From positions 1 through 56,847 of IMG/VR virus record IMGVR_UViG_3300020045_004368: a DNA stretch of 56,847 nucleotides, one strand, 5' to 3'. The first letter of the stretch is position 1. Each line of letters starts with the position of its first letter. Both the position numbers and the translations under genes were made by a program. The notes below the pieces were generated by a model, which saw only the letters and a list, made by a program, of their open reading frames with translations, was not told where the DNA came from and did not search any database. Source of the stretch: a virus (Duplodnaviria; Caudoviricetes). Below, one piece after another: positions 27,900-39,045 of this stretch.

Positions 27900-30800
27900 C
27901 AATGGACGTATCCCGCCTCTCAATTGTCGTCGAAAGCGACGGCATCAAGGAGGCGTCTCTAGCCCTTGCTGGGCGCAATGGGCAAGGTGGGCTGGCTAGG
28001 GCTGCGGAGCAAGCTGAGAAGAGCGTACAGAAGCTCTCAGGCACGCTGGCGGCCCTCTCTAACGTGAACATGGGTGCCACCACTGCTGCTTGGGCTAACA
28101 ACCTAGGCTCCCTCAATAGTGCCTTTGCTCAGCTCGCTAACAGCGCTCGTGCCACGACAGCAGCTCTCTCTCAGAGCATGAAGGACATGGGCACGTTCAC
28201 GGAGGCCACAACACGCTCATCGAATGCTATTCGTCAGCACGCTGAACATAACACAGTGATGACATCCACCATCAAGGCGATGGCTACGGCGTTCTCCGTG
28301 TACACAACTATTGCTGCTGCCAAGAACGTCATTGAGACAGCGGACGCATGGCAGAGCATGAGCGCTCGCCTAAACATTGTCACAGGCTCAATGGAGAATG
28401 CCAAGAACGCTCAGGCTGATTTGTTCGATCTTGCGCAGAAGATGCGAGCCCCTCTTGAGGACACCACCAAGCTGTACACCCGCTTGTATCCCGTGGTTAC
28501 GCGCATGGGTGGCTCTCATGCTGACGCTTTGAAGCAGGTGGAGGGTGTAGCCCTTGCCCTGAAGCTGTCCGGAGCCACAGCAGGGGAAGCGTCTTCTGTC
28601 ATGCTCCAATACAGCCAAGCCATGAACGCTGGTCGCCTTAACGGAGCTGAGTTCAACTCAGTGGCTGAAGGCTCTCCGCTTATTCTGCGGGCTGTGGCTG
28701 CTGAGATGGCGGTTGGGGGTAAGACAGCGGAGGAGATGCAAGGTAAGCTGAAGAAGCTGGCCTCTCAAGGCAAGATCACTGCTGAGGTGCTGCAAAGCGC
28801 CATTACCAAGGCTCTGCCAAAGTGGCAAGAAGACTTTGCAAAGATCCCCATGACATTTGGGGATGCCATGACACGCCTTAAGAATGAATGGCTGCGTGCT
28901 GTAGGTGAAATGGGTGAGAGCACCAAGTTCAACCAAGAAATGGCTAAGGCTGTAGGCACAGTGGAGAAGCTCATCCCGCTGATTGCTAGCGGGCTTGGGA
29001 ATGCTTTCATTTCCGTCATGCAATGGGTGGAAGCCAACAGCAAGATAATTGGTCAAATCTGGGAACAAGTGGTTGGCATTGCCAGCGATGTGTGGGGCGT
29101 GGGTAAGCTGCTTGGAGGCTGGGTAGGCCACCTTGTTGGCATTGGGGAGGAAACCTCCGCAGTGGCTGTAGCTCTCTTCGGGGTGCGCATGCTGATTGCT
29201 GGCGGTGTAGACATCCTGAAGGTGTTTGGGTACACAGTGGCTGAGATTGGCATTGCCGTTGTCGAGCTTGTTGTTGCCCCATTCACTTGGGTTATGAAGA
29301 TTGTAGAGTGGATTACTGGCGGAGTTGGCAAGCTTCTCGGTGTGCTAGGTTCTGCTGCAAAAGCCTCTGGCCTTGGAGACCTTGGGCTCGGGGAAGCAGC
29401 TACAGCTCTCGCTGACATCTCCACCAGCATTCAGAATGCTGAAGGTAATATTGAAGCCACCTTCAAAGGTATGCACGACACCACTGGCAAGTGGGTTAAA
29501 GATTTGCAGGAAGGTAATGGTGAGCTTGACAAGCTGATGCGCTCAGGGGCTGACAAGGCTGTTGACATGAGCCCTCGCATTAAGGTAGGGGGACAAGACT
29601 TCGGAGGTGGTGGCAAACCTGCTGCCAAGGAGGCTGACGAGAAAGCAGCTAAAGCCGCAGCAGCTGCTATTGAAAAGCAACGTGATGCCATGGCCGAGCT
29701 TACGGCAAAGTACAAGGAGCAGCTTGAGATTCAAGATAGGCTGTCCAAGTTTGGCCTTGAGTATGATAAGCTTGGTCCTGCGCAGAAAGCTGTCATTGCC
29801 CTGAAGGAGCAGCTTAACAAGCTTGAAGTGTTTGGAGGCTCGGAGAGTGAAAAGAACTTTACCCGTGCCCAGCTTGCCACAGCGGAAATGACTGCTGGGC
29901 TGGAACGCCGCAATGCTCACACAATCGACGTTCTCAAGAACGAAGCGGCCCTGCAAGAAAAGGAAGAGACTAAGCTCAAGAGCATCAAGGACGAAGTGGA
30001 AGCCATGCGCATCAAGGTGGCAACCTACGGCATGGCTAAGGGCGAGGCAGAACGTCTTGAGGAAGTGGAGACCCGTAATCGTGTCGCCCAGCTTGAGGCC
30101 ATGCCAGAGCTTACAGCAGCTCAAGTGACTCTGATTGGGACGCTGAAGGAGCAACTTGTTGCCCGGGAAGCACTGACAGCAGAGGCCACGAAGTATGGTC
30201 AGCTTGAGATTGACGACAAGTTTGCCAAGCTGCTTGACCCGAAGAAAGCTGAGAAGTTTGGAGATGCTCTTGCAGGCAGCATGGGCAAGGCCGGTAAGGC
30301 TATTGATGGCGTTATCAAGGCCCTTGAGAAGCAATCTGTGCGTGAGTCCAAGATTCAAAAGCTGCGGGAAGTGGCGTCCGAAAGTAAAGACCTGCAGAAG
30401 CGTGAAAAGATGATGGAGAAAATCGGTGAAATGGAGGCCGAGAACACCATCACGCATTACGGAGACATGGCTGGAGCTGCCAAGCAGTATTTTGAAGAAG
30501 GTTCCCGGGGCTACAAAGCTCTTCAAGCGGCTGAGCAAGTGTTTAGGGCATTCGAGATTGCCATGCAAATCAAGAGCGCAATGACACAGATGGGGCTCAT
30601 CAATGCTGTCACAGCCGCCAAGGTTATTGGCGACCAGACACAGACAGCTTCTACCGTGACAGCCACGGCCATCCAGACTCAAGCCTATTTTGCCACAGGT
30701 TCTGCAGCAGCTACAGTTGGTGTTGTGAACCAAGCCTCTGGCGACCCCTACACAGCTTTCCCGCGTATGGCAGCTATGGCTGCTATCATGGCTGCACTTG

Positions 30801-33046
30801 GCTTTGCTACTGGTATGGTTGGTGGCGGTAACGAAGGGTCAGGCTCTGTCACCAATACCGGCACAGGGACAGTGCTGGGGGACAGTTCTGCTGAGAGCAA
30901 ATCTATTGCCAACAGCATTGGTTTGCTGGCGGATGTTGATACTCTCACGATGCAATACAGCGCTAAAATGCTGACCGCCTTGCAGAGCATCAACGACAAG
31001 ATTAGTGGCGTCACTAATGTCCTGCTCCGTAACGGCACCATCTCGACGGGCAGTAATCTCGATGTCAACCAGTACAATATCAAGAATGTTGGCGACCCAA
31101 TCTCCAATTCTCTTGGTATCAGCAAAAACATGGACCTGGGCGCGTCAGTGCTGGGTGCCATTGGTCTTGGCGGCTTGGTGTCTGGTCTGCAAGGACTGTG
31201 GGGAGGCGTCAAGCAGGAGATTGTCGGCGCTGGCGTAGAAATTGTCGGTAATCTTGCAGACGTTATTGCTGGTGGCGGTATGCAGCAATACGCCGACGTG
31301 GCTACCACCAAGAAGAGCTGGTTTGGACTGTCTAAGAGTACGTCAACATCTTCGGTTACAGGAGAACTTGACCAAGGTATCGCCCAGCAGTTTGGTCTTA
31401 TTCTTGGTGGATTCTCAGATGCCATCACTGCGGCTGCAACGCCGCTGGGAATTTCCCTGGATACTGTGGAATCAAAGCTCGCTACGTTTGTGGTGGATAT
31501 CGGCCGTATCGACCTGAAGGGGTTGTCAGGAGAAGACCTTCAAGAACGACTGGCTGCTGTGTTTGGCGCCGAGGGCGATAAGATGGCAGCGGCTGTGCTG
31601 CCTGGGTTCGAAGCTTTTGCCCAAGTTGGTGAGGGCTACCTTGAAACCATTGTCCGAGTTGCTTCAGGAGCGGAAAGCGCCAGCTACCAGCTCGGCCTAC
31701 TTGGCATCAGCATGGTGGCGCTGTCAGACCTTGCAAATACACAAGGTGATGTTGCTACAGAGCTTATCAGGCAGAGTATCGTCGCCGTAGAGAGCACACT
31801 TGCCAGCGGAGTTGATGAAATCATCTCAACATTCTCCGGCACGGCTGAAGAACTGATTGAGGTGTATAACCAACTCTCTGCGGCCCGTGACATGATGGCT
31901 GCTGCTGGGCTTGGCACCAACCTCACAACAGACCTCATCCGAGCTGCTGGCGGGCTTGAAGCTCTCAGTGATGCGCTGGAAAGCTACACCGAAGGTTTCT
32001 TCACTGAGACTGAGCAGAACGCTACCAAGCTCTCCAAGCTGCGCAGCGAGTTTGCCAAGCTTGGTCTCGAAACCCCTTCCACAACGACAGACTTCCGTGC
32101 TCTTGTGGATAGCCTGCAAGCTACAGGCGAGGATGGCACAGCATTGGCAGTGAAGGTGATGTTGCTGTCTGATTCATTCCTTGAGCTGGCAGATGCTGCT
32201 GACGAAGCTGTCAGTGCTGCCCGGGACAACCTGCAAGCTGCGTATGACGCTGAAGCTGAAAGCCTTACCAACCTGAAGGAGAAGTTTGAAGGCTTCTCCA
32301 GCTCGCTGGCAGACTTCAAGAACACGCTCATCACTGGTGACATGTCCACGGCTTCAAACGCTGAAAAATATGCCACCCAGCAAGCCCTGTACGAAAGCAC
32401 CAAAGCTGCTGCCCTTGGCGGCGATACTACAGCCATTGGAGAGTTTGAGTCTGTAGCAACAGACTTCCTGAAGCTCTCCAAGGAGATGTTCGCCTCTGGC
32501 GAGGGCTACACTACCAACTTCGCCGATGTCCTCGCTGCTACAACAGCTCTGGAAAGCTTCACAGCTTCTCGGGTGGATGTGTCTCAAGCCAGTCTTGACG
32601 CTCTCAATCTTCAGGTTGACGGCCTCATCACTTTGAATGAGAGCACGCTCTCTGTGGCTCAGGCCATCTATGAGCTGCAAGCTGCCATGGGTCTTGGCAT
32701 TGTCGCTGCAACAGGGGTGGATGGCTCTCATGCTGATGGCCTGTCCTTCGTTCCTTTTGACGGGTATACGGCCGAGCTTCACAAGGGCGAGGCTGTGCTC
32801 ACAGCGCAGGAGAACAAGGCTTACCAGCAAGGCAGCTCAAACAGCAATGCTGGCCTCGTGGAAGAGCTGCGTAGCCTTCGAGCACAAGTGGCCTCTCTGC
32901 AAAGCACGGTCCAAGAGCAAACAGGTGCTCTTGTCGTTGCCACATACGATGCTCAAGAGCAGAACGCTCAAGCAGTGGTGGCGGGCACACAAGACGCTAT
33001 GAGCGCTTCAGCATACACACAACGAGTGAAAGGAACTCTTGCATGA
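27896..33046 (+). CDS. tape measure protein
   Basis: 1716 aa, Ala-rich helical; QYSQAM.AG.L.G.EFNSV.E tape-measure domain; C-terminal GSHADGL..VPFDGY.AELHKGE.VLT. Confidence 0.92.
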   Translation: MTMDVSRLSIVVESDGIKEASLALAGRNGQGGLARAAEQAEKSVQKLSGTLAALSNVNMGATTAAWANNLGSLNSAFAQLANSARATTAALSQSMKDMGTFTEATTRSSNAIRQHAEHNTVMTSTIKAMATAFSVYTTIAAAKNVIETADAWQSMSARLNIVTGSMENAKNAQADLFDLAQKMRAPLEDTTKLYTRLYPVVTRMGGSHADALKQVEGVALALKLSGATAGEASSVMLQYSQAMNAGRLNGAEFNSVAEGSPLILRAVAAEMAVGGKTAEEMQGKLKKLASQGKITAEVLQSAITKALPKWQEDFAKIPMTFGDAMTRLKNEWLRAVGEMGESTKFNQEMAKAVGTVEKLIPLIASGLGNAFISVMQWVEANSKIIGQIWEQVVGIASDVWGVGKLLGGWVGHLVGIGEETSAVAVALFGVRMLIAGGVDILKVFGYTVAEIGIAVVELVVAPFTWVMKIVEWITGGVGKLLGVLGSAAKASGLGDLGLGEAATALADISTSIQNAEGNIEATFKGMHDTTGKWVKDLQEGNGELDKLMRSGADKAVDMSPRIKVGGQDFGGGGKPAAKEADEKAAKAAAAAIEKQRDAMAELTAKYKEQLEIQDRLSKFGLEYDKLGPAQKAVIALKEQLNKLEVFGGSESEKNFTRAQLATAEMTAGLERRNAHTIDVLKNEAALQEKEETKLKSIKDEVEAMRIKVATYGMAKGEAERLEEVETRNRVAQLEAMPELTAAQVTLIGTLKEQLVAREALTAEATKYGQLEIDDKFAKLLDPKKAEKFGDALAGSMGKAGKAIDGVIKALEKQSVRESKIQKLREVASESKDLQKREKMMEKIGEMEAENTITHYGDMAGAAKQYFEEGSRGYKALQAAEQVFRAFEIAMQIKSAMTQMGLINAVTAAKVIGDQTQTASTVTATAIQTQAYFATGSAAATVGVVNQASGDPYTAFPRMAAMAAIMAALGFATGMVGGGNEGSGSVTNTGTGTVLGDSSAESKSIANSIGLLADVDTLTMQYSAKMLTALQSINDKISGVTNVLLRNGTISTGSNLDVNQYNIKNVGDPISNSLGISKNMDLGASVLGAIGLGGLVSGLQGLWGGVKQEIVGAGVEIVGNLADVIAGGGMQQYADVATTKKSWFGLSKSTSTSSVTGELDQGIAQQFGLILGGFSDAITAAATPLGISLDTVESKLATFVVDIGRIDLKGLSGEDLQERLAAVFGAEGDKMAAAVLPGFEAFAQVGEGYLETIVRVASGAESASYQLGLLGISMVALSDLANTQGDVATELIRQSIVAVESTLASGVDEIISTFSGTAEELIEVYNQLSAARDMMAAAGLGTNLTTDLIRAAGGLEALSDALESYTEGFFTETEQNATKLSKLRSEFAKLGLETPSTTTDFRALVDSLQATGEDGTALAVKVMLLSDSFLELADAADEAVSAARDNLQAAYDAEAESLTNLKEKFEGFSSSLADFKNTLITGDMSTASNAEKYATQQALYESTKAAALGGDTTAIGEFESVATDFLKLSKEMFASGEGYTTNFADVLAATTALESFTASRVDVSQASLDALNLQVDGLITLNESTLSVAQAIYELQAAMGLGIVAATGVDGSHADGLSFVPFDGYTAELHKGEAVLTAQENKAYQQGSSNSNAGLVEELRSLRAQVASLQSTVQEQTGALVVATYDAQEQNAQAVVAGTQDAMSASAYTQRVKGTLA

Positions 33047-34515
33047 CAGACGCAGAATATGCAGCGTGGTTGAATAATGACGCTGCTATTCGTGTCCTGC
33101 TTGTAGAGGTGGAAGTTGGCTTGGCTGCGGGAGGAACCACCACCCGCTACCTTTCCAATAAAGGGTATGTCACAGAAAGTGGTGACGTCCCCGCCTCTAC
33201 AGGTTATATGGCACGTATTGTGGGTGGCGTTAAGTTCACCCAGAGCATGTCCTTGACAGGGGATGTCAGCCTAAGCTACGGAGACATTGAGCTTAACAAC
33301 TTTGATGGCTCCCTGGACACATGGGTAGACGACTTCTGGGCCAACAGGACAATCAAAGCCTACCTTGGTGATGTCACTTGGGCACGAGCAGAGTTTCGCA
33401 AAGTGTTTGACGGCATCACTACCGGCATCGATATGCGCAGCAGGACGCGCATCAACATCAAGATTAGTGACAAGCTCCAAAGGCTGAACACCCCTGTCAG
33501 CGAGGTGAAGGTGGGTGGCTCAGGGTCTCTGGCTGACAACCTTATACCCCTGTGCTTTGGTGAGGTGCATAACATTGAGCCTGTGCTCATTGACTCCACT
33601 ATCCTAGAGTATCAGGTACACCCCGGGCCTATTGAAAGTATTATTGAGGTAAGGGATAATGGCGTCCCTGTCAGTTTCACCCCCTACCTCGCTACAGGCA
33701 AGTTTAGGTTGGCTGGGTCTCCTGCTGGAACCATCACTTGCAGCGTTCAAGGCGACAAGGGCTCCACCTACGCTAATGATGTTGTAGGCATCATCACCCG
33801 TCTGGCTACGCAGTGGGGAAGTGTTTCTCAACGCTTTACAACGGCAGACCTAGACACTACGGCCCTGTCAGCCTTCCAGAGTGCTAACACAGCCCCTGTG
33901 GGCCTGTTCCTAGGCTCCAGGGCTAACGTACTTGAGAGCTGCAACAAGGTGGCTGCAAGCATCGGGGCTCGTGTAGTGATGAGCCAGACAGGGCTGCTGT
34001 CCATTGTCAAGCTATCTCTCCCGCAAGCCACAGCAGGCACCACAGTGACAGGGGCCTCAATCCTTGAGCATAGTTTGTCTGTGGGTCAGCTTGTCCCTGT
34101 TGTAGCTTCTGTGAAGCTTGGCTATTGCAAGAATTGGACAGTGCAGGATGGGCTGACGACAGGTATCCCGGCAGCGCATATTGCCCTGTATGCAGAAGAG
34201 TGGCTGACAATCACAAGGTCTGACAGTACAGCAGCAGCCAACTACAATCTGTATACAGACCCGACAATGGAAGAGACATTGTTGCTGACAGCTGTAGGCG
34301 CTATTGCTGAAACCAACAGGCGCTTGACGCTATTCTCGACACAACGTAAGACGCTTAAATTCACAGGCTTCTACTCACTGATTCAGGAGGAGCTTGGCAA
34401 GAGTATGACAATCCAGCATCCTCGCTTTGGATTGTCCAGTGGAAAAACAGGGCAAATCATTTCAATCTCCAAAGATTGGATGAACCCGCAGGTAGAATTT
34501 GAGGTAATAGTTTAA
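33043..34515 (+). CDS. tail tip/hub protein
   Basis: 490 aa after TMP; IPLCFGEVHNIEPV...YQVH...V.DNG motif. Confidence 0.7.
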   Translation: MTDAEYAAWLNNDAAIRVLLVEVEVGLAAGGTTTRYLSNKGYVTESGDVPASTGYMARIVGGVKFTQSMSLTGDVSLSYGDIELNNFDGSLDTWVDDFWANRTIKAYLGDVTWARAEFRKVFDGITTGIDMRSRTRINIKISDKLQRLNTPVSEVKVGGSGSLADNLIPLCFGEVHNIEPVLIDSTILEYQVHPGPIESIIEVRDNGVPVSFTPYLATGKFRLAGSPAGTITCSVQGDKGSTYANDVVGIITRLATQWGSVSQRFTTADLDTTALSAFQSANTAPVGLFLGSRANVLESCNKVAASIGARVVMSQTGLLSIVKLSLPQATAGTTVTGASILEHSLSVGQLVPVVASVKLGYCKNWTVQDGLTTGIPAAHIALYAEEWLTITRSDSTAAANYNLYTDPTMEETLLLTAVGAIAETNRRLTLFSTQRKTLKFTGFYSLIQEELGKSMTIQHPRFGLSSGKTGQIISISKDWMNPQVEFEVIV

Positions 34516-37500
34516 TGGCTACAGTGGTTAACGCACGAGATGTGCAAATCCCTTTGACACAGCCCCGCCTTGAGGTGGTGAGCCTGAGCAGCAATGTGCA
34601 GGTTGACCAAAGCAATGTGACAGGATTGGGCTTGGTTGTGGAGGGCACAAAGCAAATCTATCTGGCAGCAACAAGCCAGATTTTCCAGATCCCTAAGACG
34701 GGGAGCATTTCTCCTGCGTCAATCACAATCACAGCCTACACAAAGAACCTCGTCAACACGCCTACGTTCACCCTGGCTGCTGGCAGCATGTCTGTCACCC
34801 CTGCCCTTACAGCAGGTAGCTTCACATTCAATGCAAGCCAGCTCACCACAGATGTCGTCACCTTCCGTCTAACGCTTGTTGAAGACAGCAAGACCTATAC
34901 AGACGATTTGACGGTGTGCAAAGTGAGGGAAGGGGCTGACGCAATCAATGGCCTGCTTACCAATGAGAGCCACACGCTACCCGCAGACTCTGCTGGCAAC
35001 GTCACCAGCCATCTTGGAGCAGGCGGCCAGTTCAAGGTGTACCAAGGCATCAATGATGTCACCTCAGTTTGCACATTCTCCATTCCTGCTGGGGGCAATC
35101 CTGACAGCCTGACTTACAGCCTGACAGCCTCTGGCTCATCAGCAGGGACATTCGCTGTCACAGCCAACTACCCTGTTGCCAAGAGCCTCACCATTCTCAC
35201 CATCAGGGCTACATTCGGCACGCTGACGCTGGACAAAATCTTCACGCTGTCCAAAGCTTCAGCAGGGGCTGCTGGCTCTAATGGCACCAACGGAACTAAT
35301 GGCATCCGTGGCTCCAAGAGCTTCTACGTGCCCCTCAGCGGCTCTACAAACACCTTCAGCGATGCTCTGGCTACAACCACAGCATCCATTGACGGCGGTC
35401 CTGTGCGCAATGACACAGTGCAGCAATATAACAACTCAATGGGCTTCACTCAGACAAAGTTCTGGGACGGCAGCTCTTGGCTTGTTGTCAACGCTGTGGT
35501 GGACGGCAACCTGCTGGTGACTGGTACTGTCGGAGCTAATGCCATTGCGGCTAACAGCATCACAGGGGATAAGATTGTCGCCGGCAGCATTACAGCAGAT
35601 GACATTGACTCCCGTGGCCTGAGCATCAAGGATTCTAGCGGCAACATCATCCTTGCAGCGGGCACGGCCTTGCAGACAGCCTATGCACCTGCTGGCACGC
35701 TCAACAGCGAAGTGGCGGTTGGCGACAACTTGATCCGCAAGTTCGATTTCTCGACTGCGGGTGTCGGGGGGTGGAATGGCGGCGCAACGAACGAGGGCGG
35801 CACCAGCGCCATCGGCCTGAAAGAAATCTTCGTCCGCGCCCGGGACACGATGGAGGCGGACAACCAGATTCCGGTCATCCCGGGTGAGCGAATCTACGGT
35901 GGTGCGTTTATCTGGACTGGTGGAACGGCTCGCCAAGTCACCATCGGGATGTATTTCATCAATAGCTCCGGGTCGCCGTTTGCCTTCGAACATGTCGGCT
36001 CGTATCGACCACCTGGTCAAGCTGGCGGCTGGCTTCGAGGCAGTTTCGTCGTCCCCGCAGGTGCAGTCAAAGCGTATCCGTGGATTCAGATGGATGCTTT
36101 TGACAACTTCGGGTATGCGGCTATCAGCGGCATTTACCTGTCGCGCACTGAGCCGGGCGCGACTTACGGGGCACCTGCCGGCACATATGTTGGTAGTACG
36201 CTGGCCCAAACTGTTGAGAGCAATGCTTCCACAGCTCTGGCTTCGGTCCAAGCATTTGCGTCAGATAATGTCCTCTCTAGAGGAGAGAAGCCGCAGATGA
36301 TTATGCTGTGGAATGACATTGAGCAAGGTCTTTCCAGTATCACGCAAAGTGCCAACAACTACGGTATTGTGTCTGAACGAAACTCGTACACAAGTGCTGT
36401 AGATAATTTGGCAGCATATCTTAACGGACTGGCCCCGGCTTGGAACGACACCAACACAGATACTAACATCGTGGGAACTACTCTGCGTAGCTATTGGGCT
36501 GCTGTGGATAGTTCTTATGCCGTGCTGGTTGCTAAGATCAGCGAGATTGCTGGTCAGCGGGCTTCATGGAGTGGGGTTAGTGGTACAGGCAAGCCAGCGG
36601 ACAACGCCACCGTAGGCGCCCAGGCCGGCGTCAACTTGAAGGATTCAGCCGGGTCTACCTTGGTTGACGCTGCCATTAAGAACAGCGCCATTTCATCGGG
36701 TGTTAATCTGCTGTTTAATGCAGATTTTGACAATAACTTGGAGGGTTGGTATTTCAATGGCTCCTACGGACTGTCCCCCGCCAGTTGTGACAAAGGGGTA
36801 AACCTCAACAGCAACTGGAGACTTGCCCCTGCAGGGGCTGCGGGTACATCTGTCATGTGGATCAGCCAAGGGCCTCGTGTAGGGGATGACAGTTATTATT
36901 GGCAATACCTGTCTACACCAGTTCCAGTGACACCCGGCAAGAACTATGCAATATCTGGGTACACAGGGGCACACAGGTGCAGACTGTTGCTGTTCTACTT
37001 TCTGTTTGACTCGGCAGGTAATGTTGTAGGTCACGGGCATTCCAGTGATAGCCTGCAAGCTAATGACGAGGAAAAGCTCGGAGGCACCACCTTGGAGGGT
37101 TACAAACGGTGCTACCACAACCGCGTAATACCTGCCGATTGTGCTTACATCAGAGTAGCTTTGCGAAAGTATGATACAAAGGCTGGACAGTCTGATAGCT
37201 TCGCGTTCATTACACGTGTGCAGGTGGAGGAGGTGGGGGCTGACGCCATGCTTCCAGGGCCATGGGTGCCGTGCGGACTAATCGACCAGACAACGGTGCG
37301 AGTGCAAAACCCGATCACTACGTCTAACGTTTCCACATACATCGCTAACCTTGCAATTGGCTCAGCACAGGTCAGTAATGTGTTACAGAGCGACAACTAT
37401 GTTCCAGATGTCTCTGGTTGGATGCTGCGGAAGAGTGACGGATACCTGGAAGCTGGAAACGCCAAGTTCCGAGGGTCCATTCGCGGAGGGGCATACAACG

Positions 37501-38186
37501 GATGGGCATGGCCAGCCTCAGGTGGTACAGGTTATTATCTCGGCCCTGAAGGCTTGCTGCTAGGCAGCTACCATGATAATAAGTACCTTCAGGTCAGCTC
37601 AGACGGCAACATGTATATGCCGGGCATGCAGATCGAGAACAGCGTGCTCACGATCAGCCAAGTGGATGTCATTGACACGGTGAATATCCGGGGGCAGGCT
37701 GTGAGCCTGACAAGCTCAGCCTACACTGACAGTGAATCTACTTGGTCTTCCCTTGCGACAGACACTTGGCAAACAGTGCAAGAACTTTCGGTTAACGTTG
37801 CAACTAATGGAAAAGTTGTCGTTATGGCAGGGTGCTGTGTTTTCGCCAATGTGATTGGTGTAAAAACATCAGGCGGAACTGTGTGGGCTGAGGCAACGAC
37901 ACGCATGCGTGTTCTACGAGATGGCGTGGAAATTAGTTCATCCGAGGGTCCCTTCGCAAGGGAGACAGACACGGCAAGTTCCGGCTACGTGTCTGCATCC
38001 GCAACCAGTAGTGGAACGTTGAACATTGTCCCCTACACAGATACATCTGTTGCGGCAGGAACGCACACATACACTCTACAAGCCACAGCCACAGCCAGAC
38101 AGACAAGCGGCGATGCCATCACGTTTGTCATAAACACCTTGAAAGTGAAGAAAAGGGGCATCGTACTTATGGAGCTGAAAAAATGA
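34515..38186 (+). CDS. tail fibre / host specificity protein
   Basis: 1223 aa; collagen-like GSNGTNGTNG; DGNLLVTGTV/ITADDI repeats; two carbohydrate-binding-like modules; QSDNYV..VSGW.L..DG.LE motif. Confidence 0.8.
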   Translation: MATVVNARDVQIPLTQPRLEVVSLSSNVQVDQSNVTGLGLVVEGTKQIYLAATSQIFQIPKTGSISPASITITAYTKNLVNTPTFTLAAGSMSVTPALTAGSFTFNASQLTTDVVTFRLTLVEDSKTYTDDLTVCKVREGADAINGLLTNESHTLPADSAGNVTSHLGAGGQFKVYQGINDVTSVCTFSIPAGGNPDSLTYSLTASGSSAGTFAVTANYPVAKSLTILTIRATFGTLTLDKIFTLSKASAGAAGSNGTNGTNGIRGSKSFYVPLSGSTNTFSDALATTTASIDGGPVRNDTVQQYNNSMGFTQTKFWDGSSWLVVNAVVDGNLLVTGTVGANAIAANSITGDKIVAGSITADDIDSRGLSIKDSSGNIILAAGTALQTAYAPAGTLNSEVAVGDNLIRKFDFSTAGVGGWNGGATNEGGTSAIGLKEIFVRARDTMEADNQIPVIPGERIYGGAFIWTGGTARQVTIGMYFINSSGSPFAFEHVGSYRPPGQAGGWLRGSFVVPAGAVKAYPWIQMDAFDNFGYAAISGIYLSRTEPGATYGAPAGTYVGSTLAQTVESNASTALASVQAFASDNVLSRGEKPQMIMLWNDIEQGLSSITQSANNYGIVSERNSYTSAVDNLAAYLNGLAPAWNDTNTDTNIVGTTLRSYWAAVDSSYAVLVAKISEIAGQRASWSGVSGTGKPADNATVGAQAGVNLKDSAGSTLVDAAIKNSAISSGVNLLFNADFDNNLEGWYFNGSYGLSPASCDKGVNLNSNWRLAPAGAAGTSVMWISQGPRVGDDSYYWQYLSTPVPVTPGKNYAISGYTGAHRCRLLLFYFLFDSAGNVVGHGHSSDSLQANDEEKLGGTTLEGYKRCYHNRVIPADCAYIRVALRKYDTKAGQSDSFAFITRVQVEEVGADAMLPGPWVPCGLIDQTTVRVQNPITTSNVSTYIANLAIGSAQVSNVLQSDNYVPDVSGWMLRKSDGYLEAGNAKFRGSIRGGAYNGWAWPASGGTGYYLGPEGLLLGSYHDNKYLQVSSDGNMYMPGMQIENSVLTISQVDVIDTVNIRGQAVSLTSSAYTDSESTWSSLATDTWQTVQELSVNVATNGKVVVMAGCCVFANVIGVKTSGGTVWAEATTRMRVLRDGVEISSSEGPFARETDTASSGYVSASATSSGTLNIVPYTDTSVAAGTHTYTLQATATARQTSGDAITFVINTLKVKKRGIVLMELKK

Positions 38187-38791
38187 AGGTATATGTCACC
38201 GGAGCATATGGGCAGCAGATGAGGGCACTCTCTGTGGCAGATGAAGCCAGTGTGCTGCTCAACACAAGGGAGGGTGAAACGGTTGTGTATGAAGAACCTC
38301 CCTCAGAAAGCCACTGGTGGGACGGGGAGCAATGGCAAGGAAGGGGTGACAGCCCTTCCCCCCTTCACCTCTGGGATAGTCAAACACATACCTACTACCT
38401 CCCTGCAGCACCCGAAGTGGACATGGCGGCTCTGCGGCAAGCTAAGTGGGAGGCTATCAAGGCTCTTCGTTCTGCTGCTGAGGAATCTTCTGTGTTTGTC
38501 AACGGCAATTGGTTTGATGCTGACGCTTTAAGCCTTCAGCGCATCGCCGGCACCATCCAATATGCTCAGATTGTTGGAGGGGCCTCCGGCTGGTCCACCG
38601 TCTGGACTACAGCAGACAACAAGCCAGTCACTGTAGACATCAATGTCCTCACTGCTGTTGGGGTGGCTATTGGTAGGCAAGTGATGGCTGTGCATGCTTA
38701 TGGCAGGACTCTTCGAGAAGCCATTGACGCCACTACTACAGCAGAAGAGCTGGAAGCCATTGAATGGGCCTACACAAAGGATTTCCAATGA
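38183..38791 (+). CDS. tail fibre assembly chaperone (DUF4376-like)
   Basis: KWEAIK..R...FDAD..S..RI...WTTADN...LREAIDA.TT.EELEAI.W. Confidence 0.78.
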   Translation: MKVYVTGAYGQQMRALSVADEASVLLNTREGETVVYEEPPSESHWWDGEQWQGRGDSPSPLHLWDSQTHTYYLPAAPEVDMAALRQAKWEAIKALRSAAEESSVFVNGNWFDADALSLQRIAGTIQYAQIVGGASGWSTVWTTADNKPVTVDINVLTAVGVAIGRQVMAVHAYGRTLREAIDATTTAEELEAIEWAYTKDFQ

Positions 38792-39045
38792 GAGCCACAG
38801 ACAATGCAGCTTGGAGGGCTGTATATGATGCCGTGAGCTTGTGGCTCTGGAATGTCCTCATCGGCATTGACCAGCTTGCCAACGCCATCCTTGGCGGCTA
38901 CCCAGACGAAACCATAAGTTCTAGAGCAGCCAAGGCCAAGCATAAAGGCAAGCACTGGGGCTGCGTCTTATGCAAGCTCCTAGACCTTGTTGACAAGGGC
39001 CATTGTGAGGAAAACCTGGAAGCTGACGAAGGGGAGAAGCTTTGA
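38788..39045 (+). CDS. conserved phage hypothetical protein
   Basis: IGIDQLANAILGG.PDETISSR...LC..LD..D.GHC motif common near tail/lysis genes. Confidence 0.7.
   Translation: MRATDNAAWRAVYDAVSLWLWNVLIGIDQLANAILGGYPDETISSRAAKAKHKGKHWGCVLCKLLDLVDKGHCEENLEADEGEKL

Noticed and set aside
29543-30733. 396-aa minus-strand ORF
   Set aside because: Antisense to the tape measure gene; codon-bias artefact
34515-38186. Diversity-generating retroelement acting on the tail fibre
   Set aside because: No reverse transcriptase and no template/variable repeat pair seen
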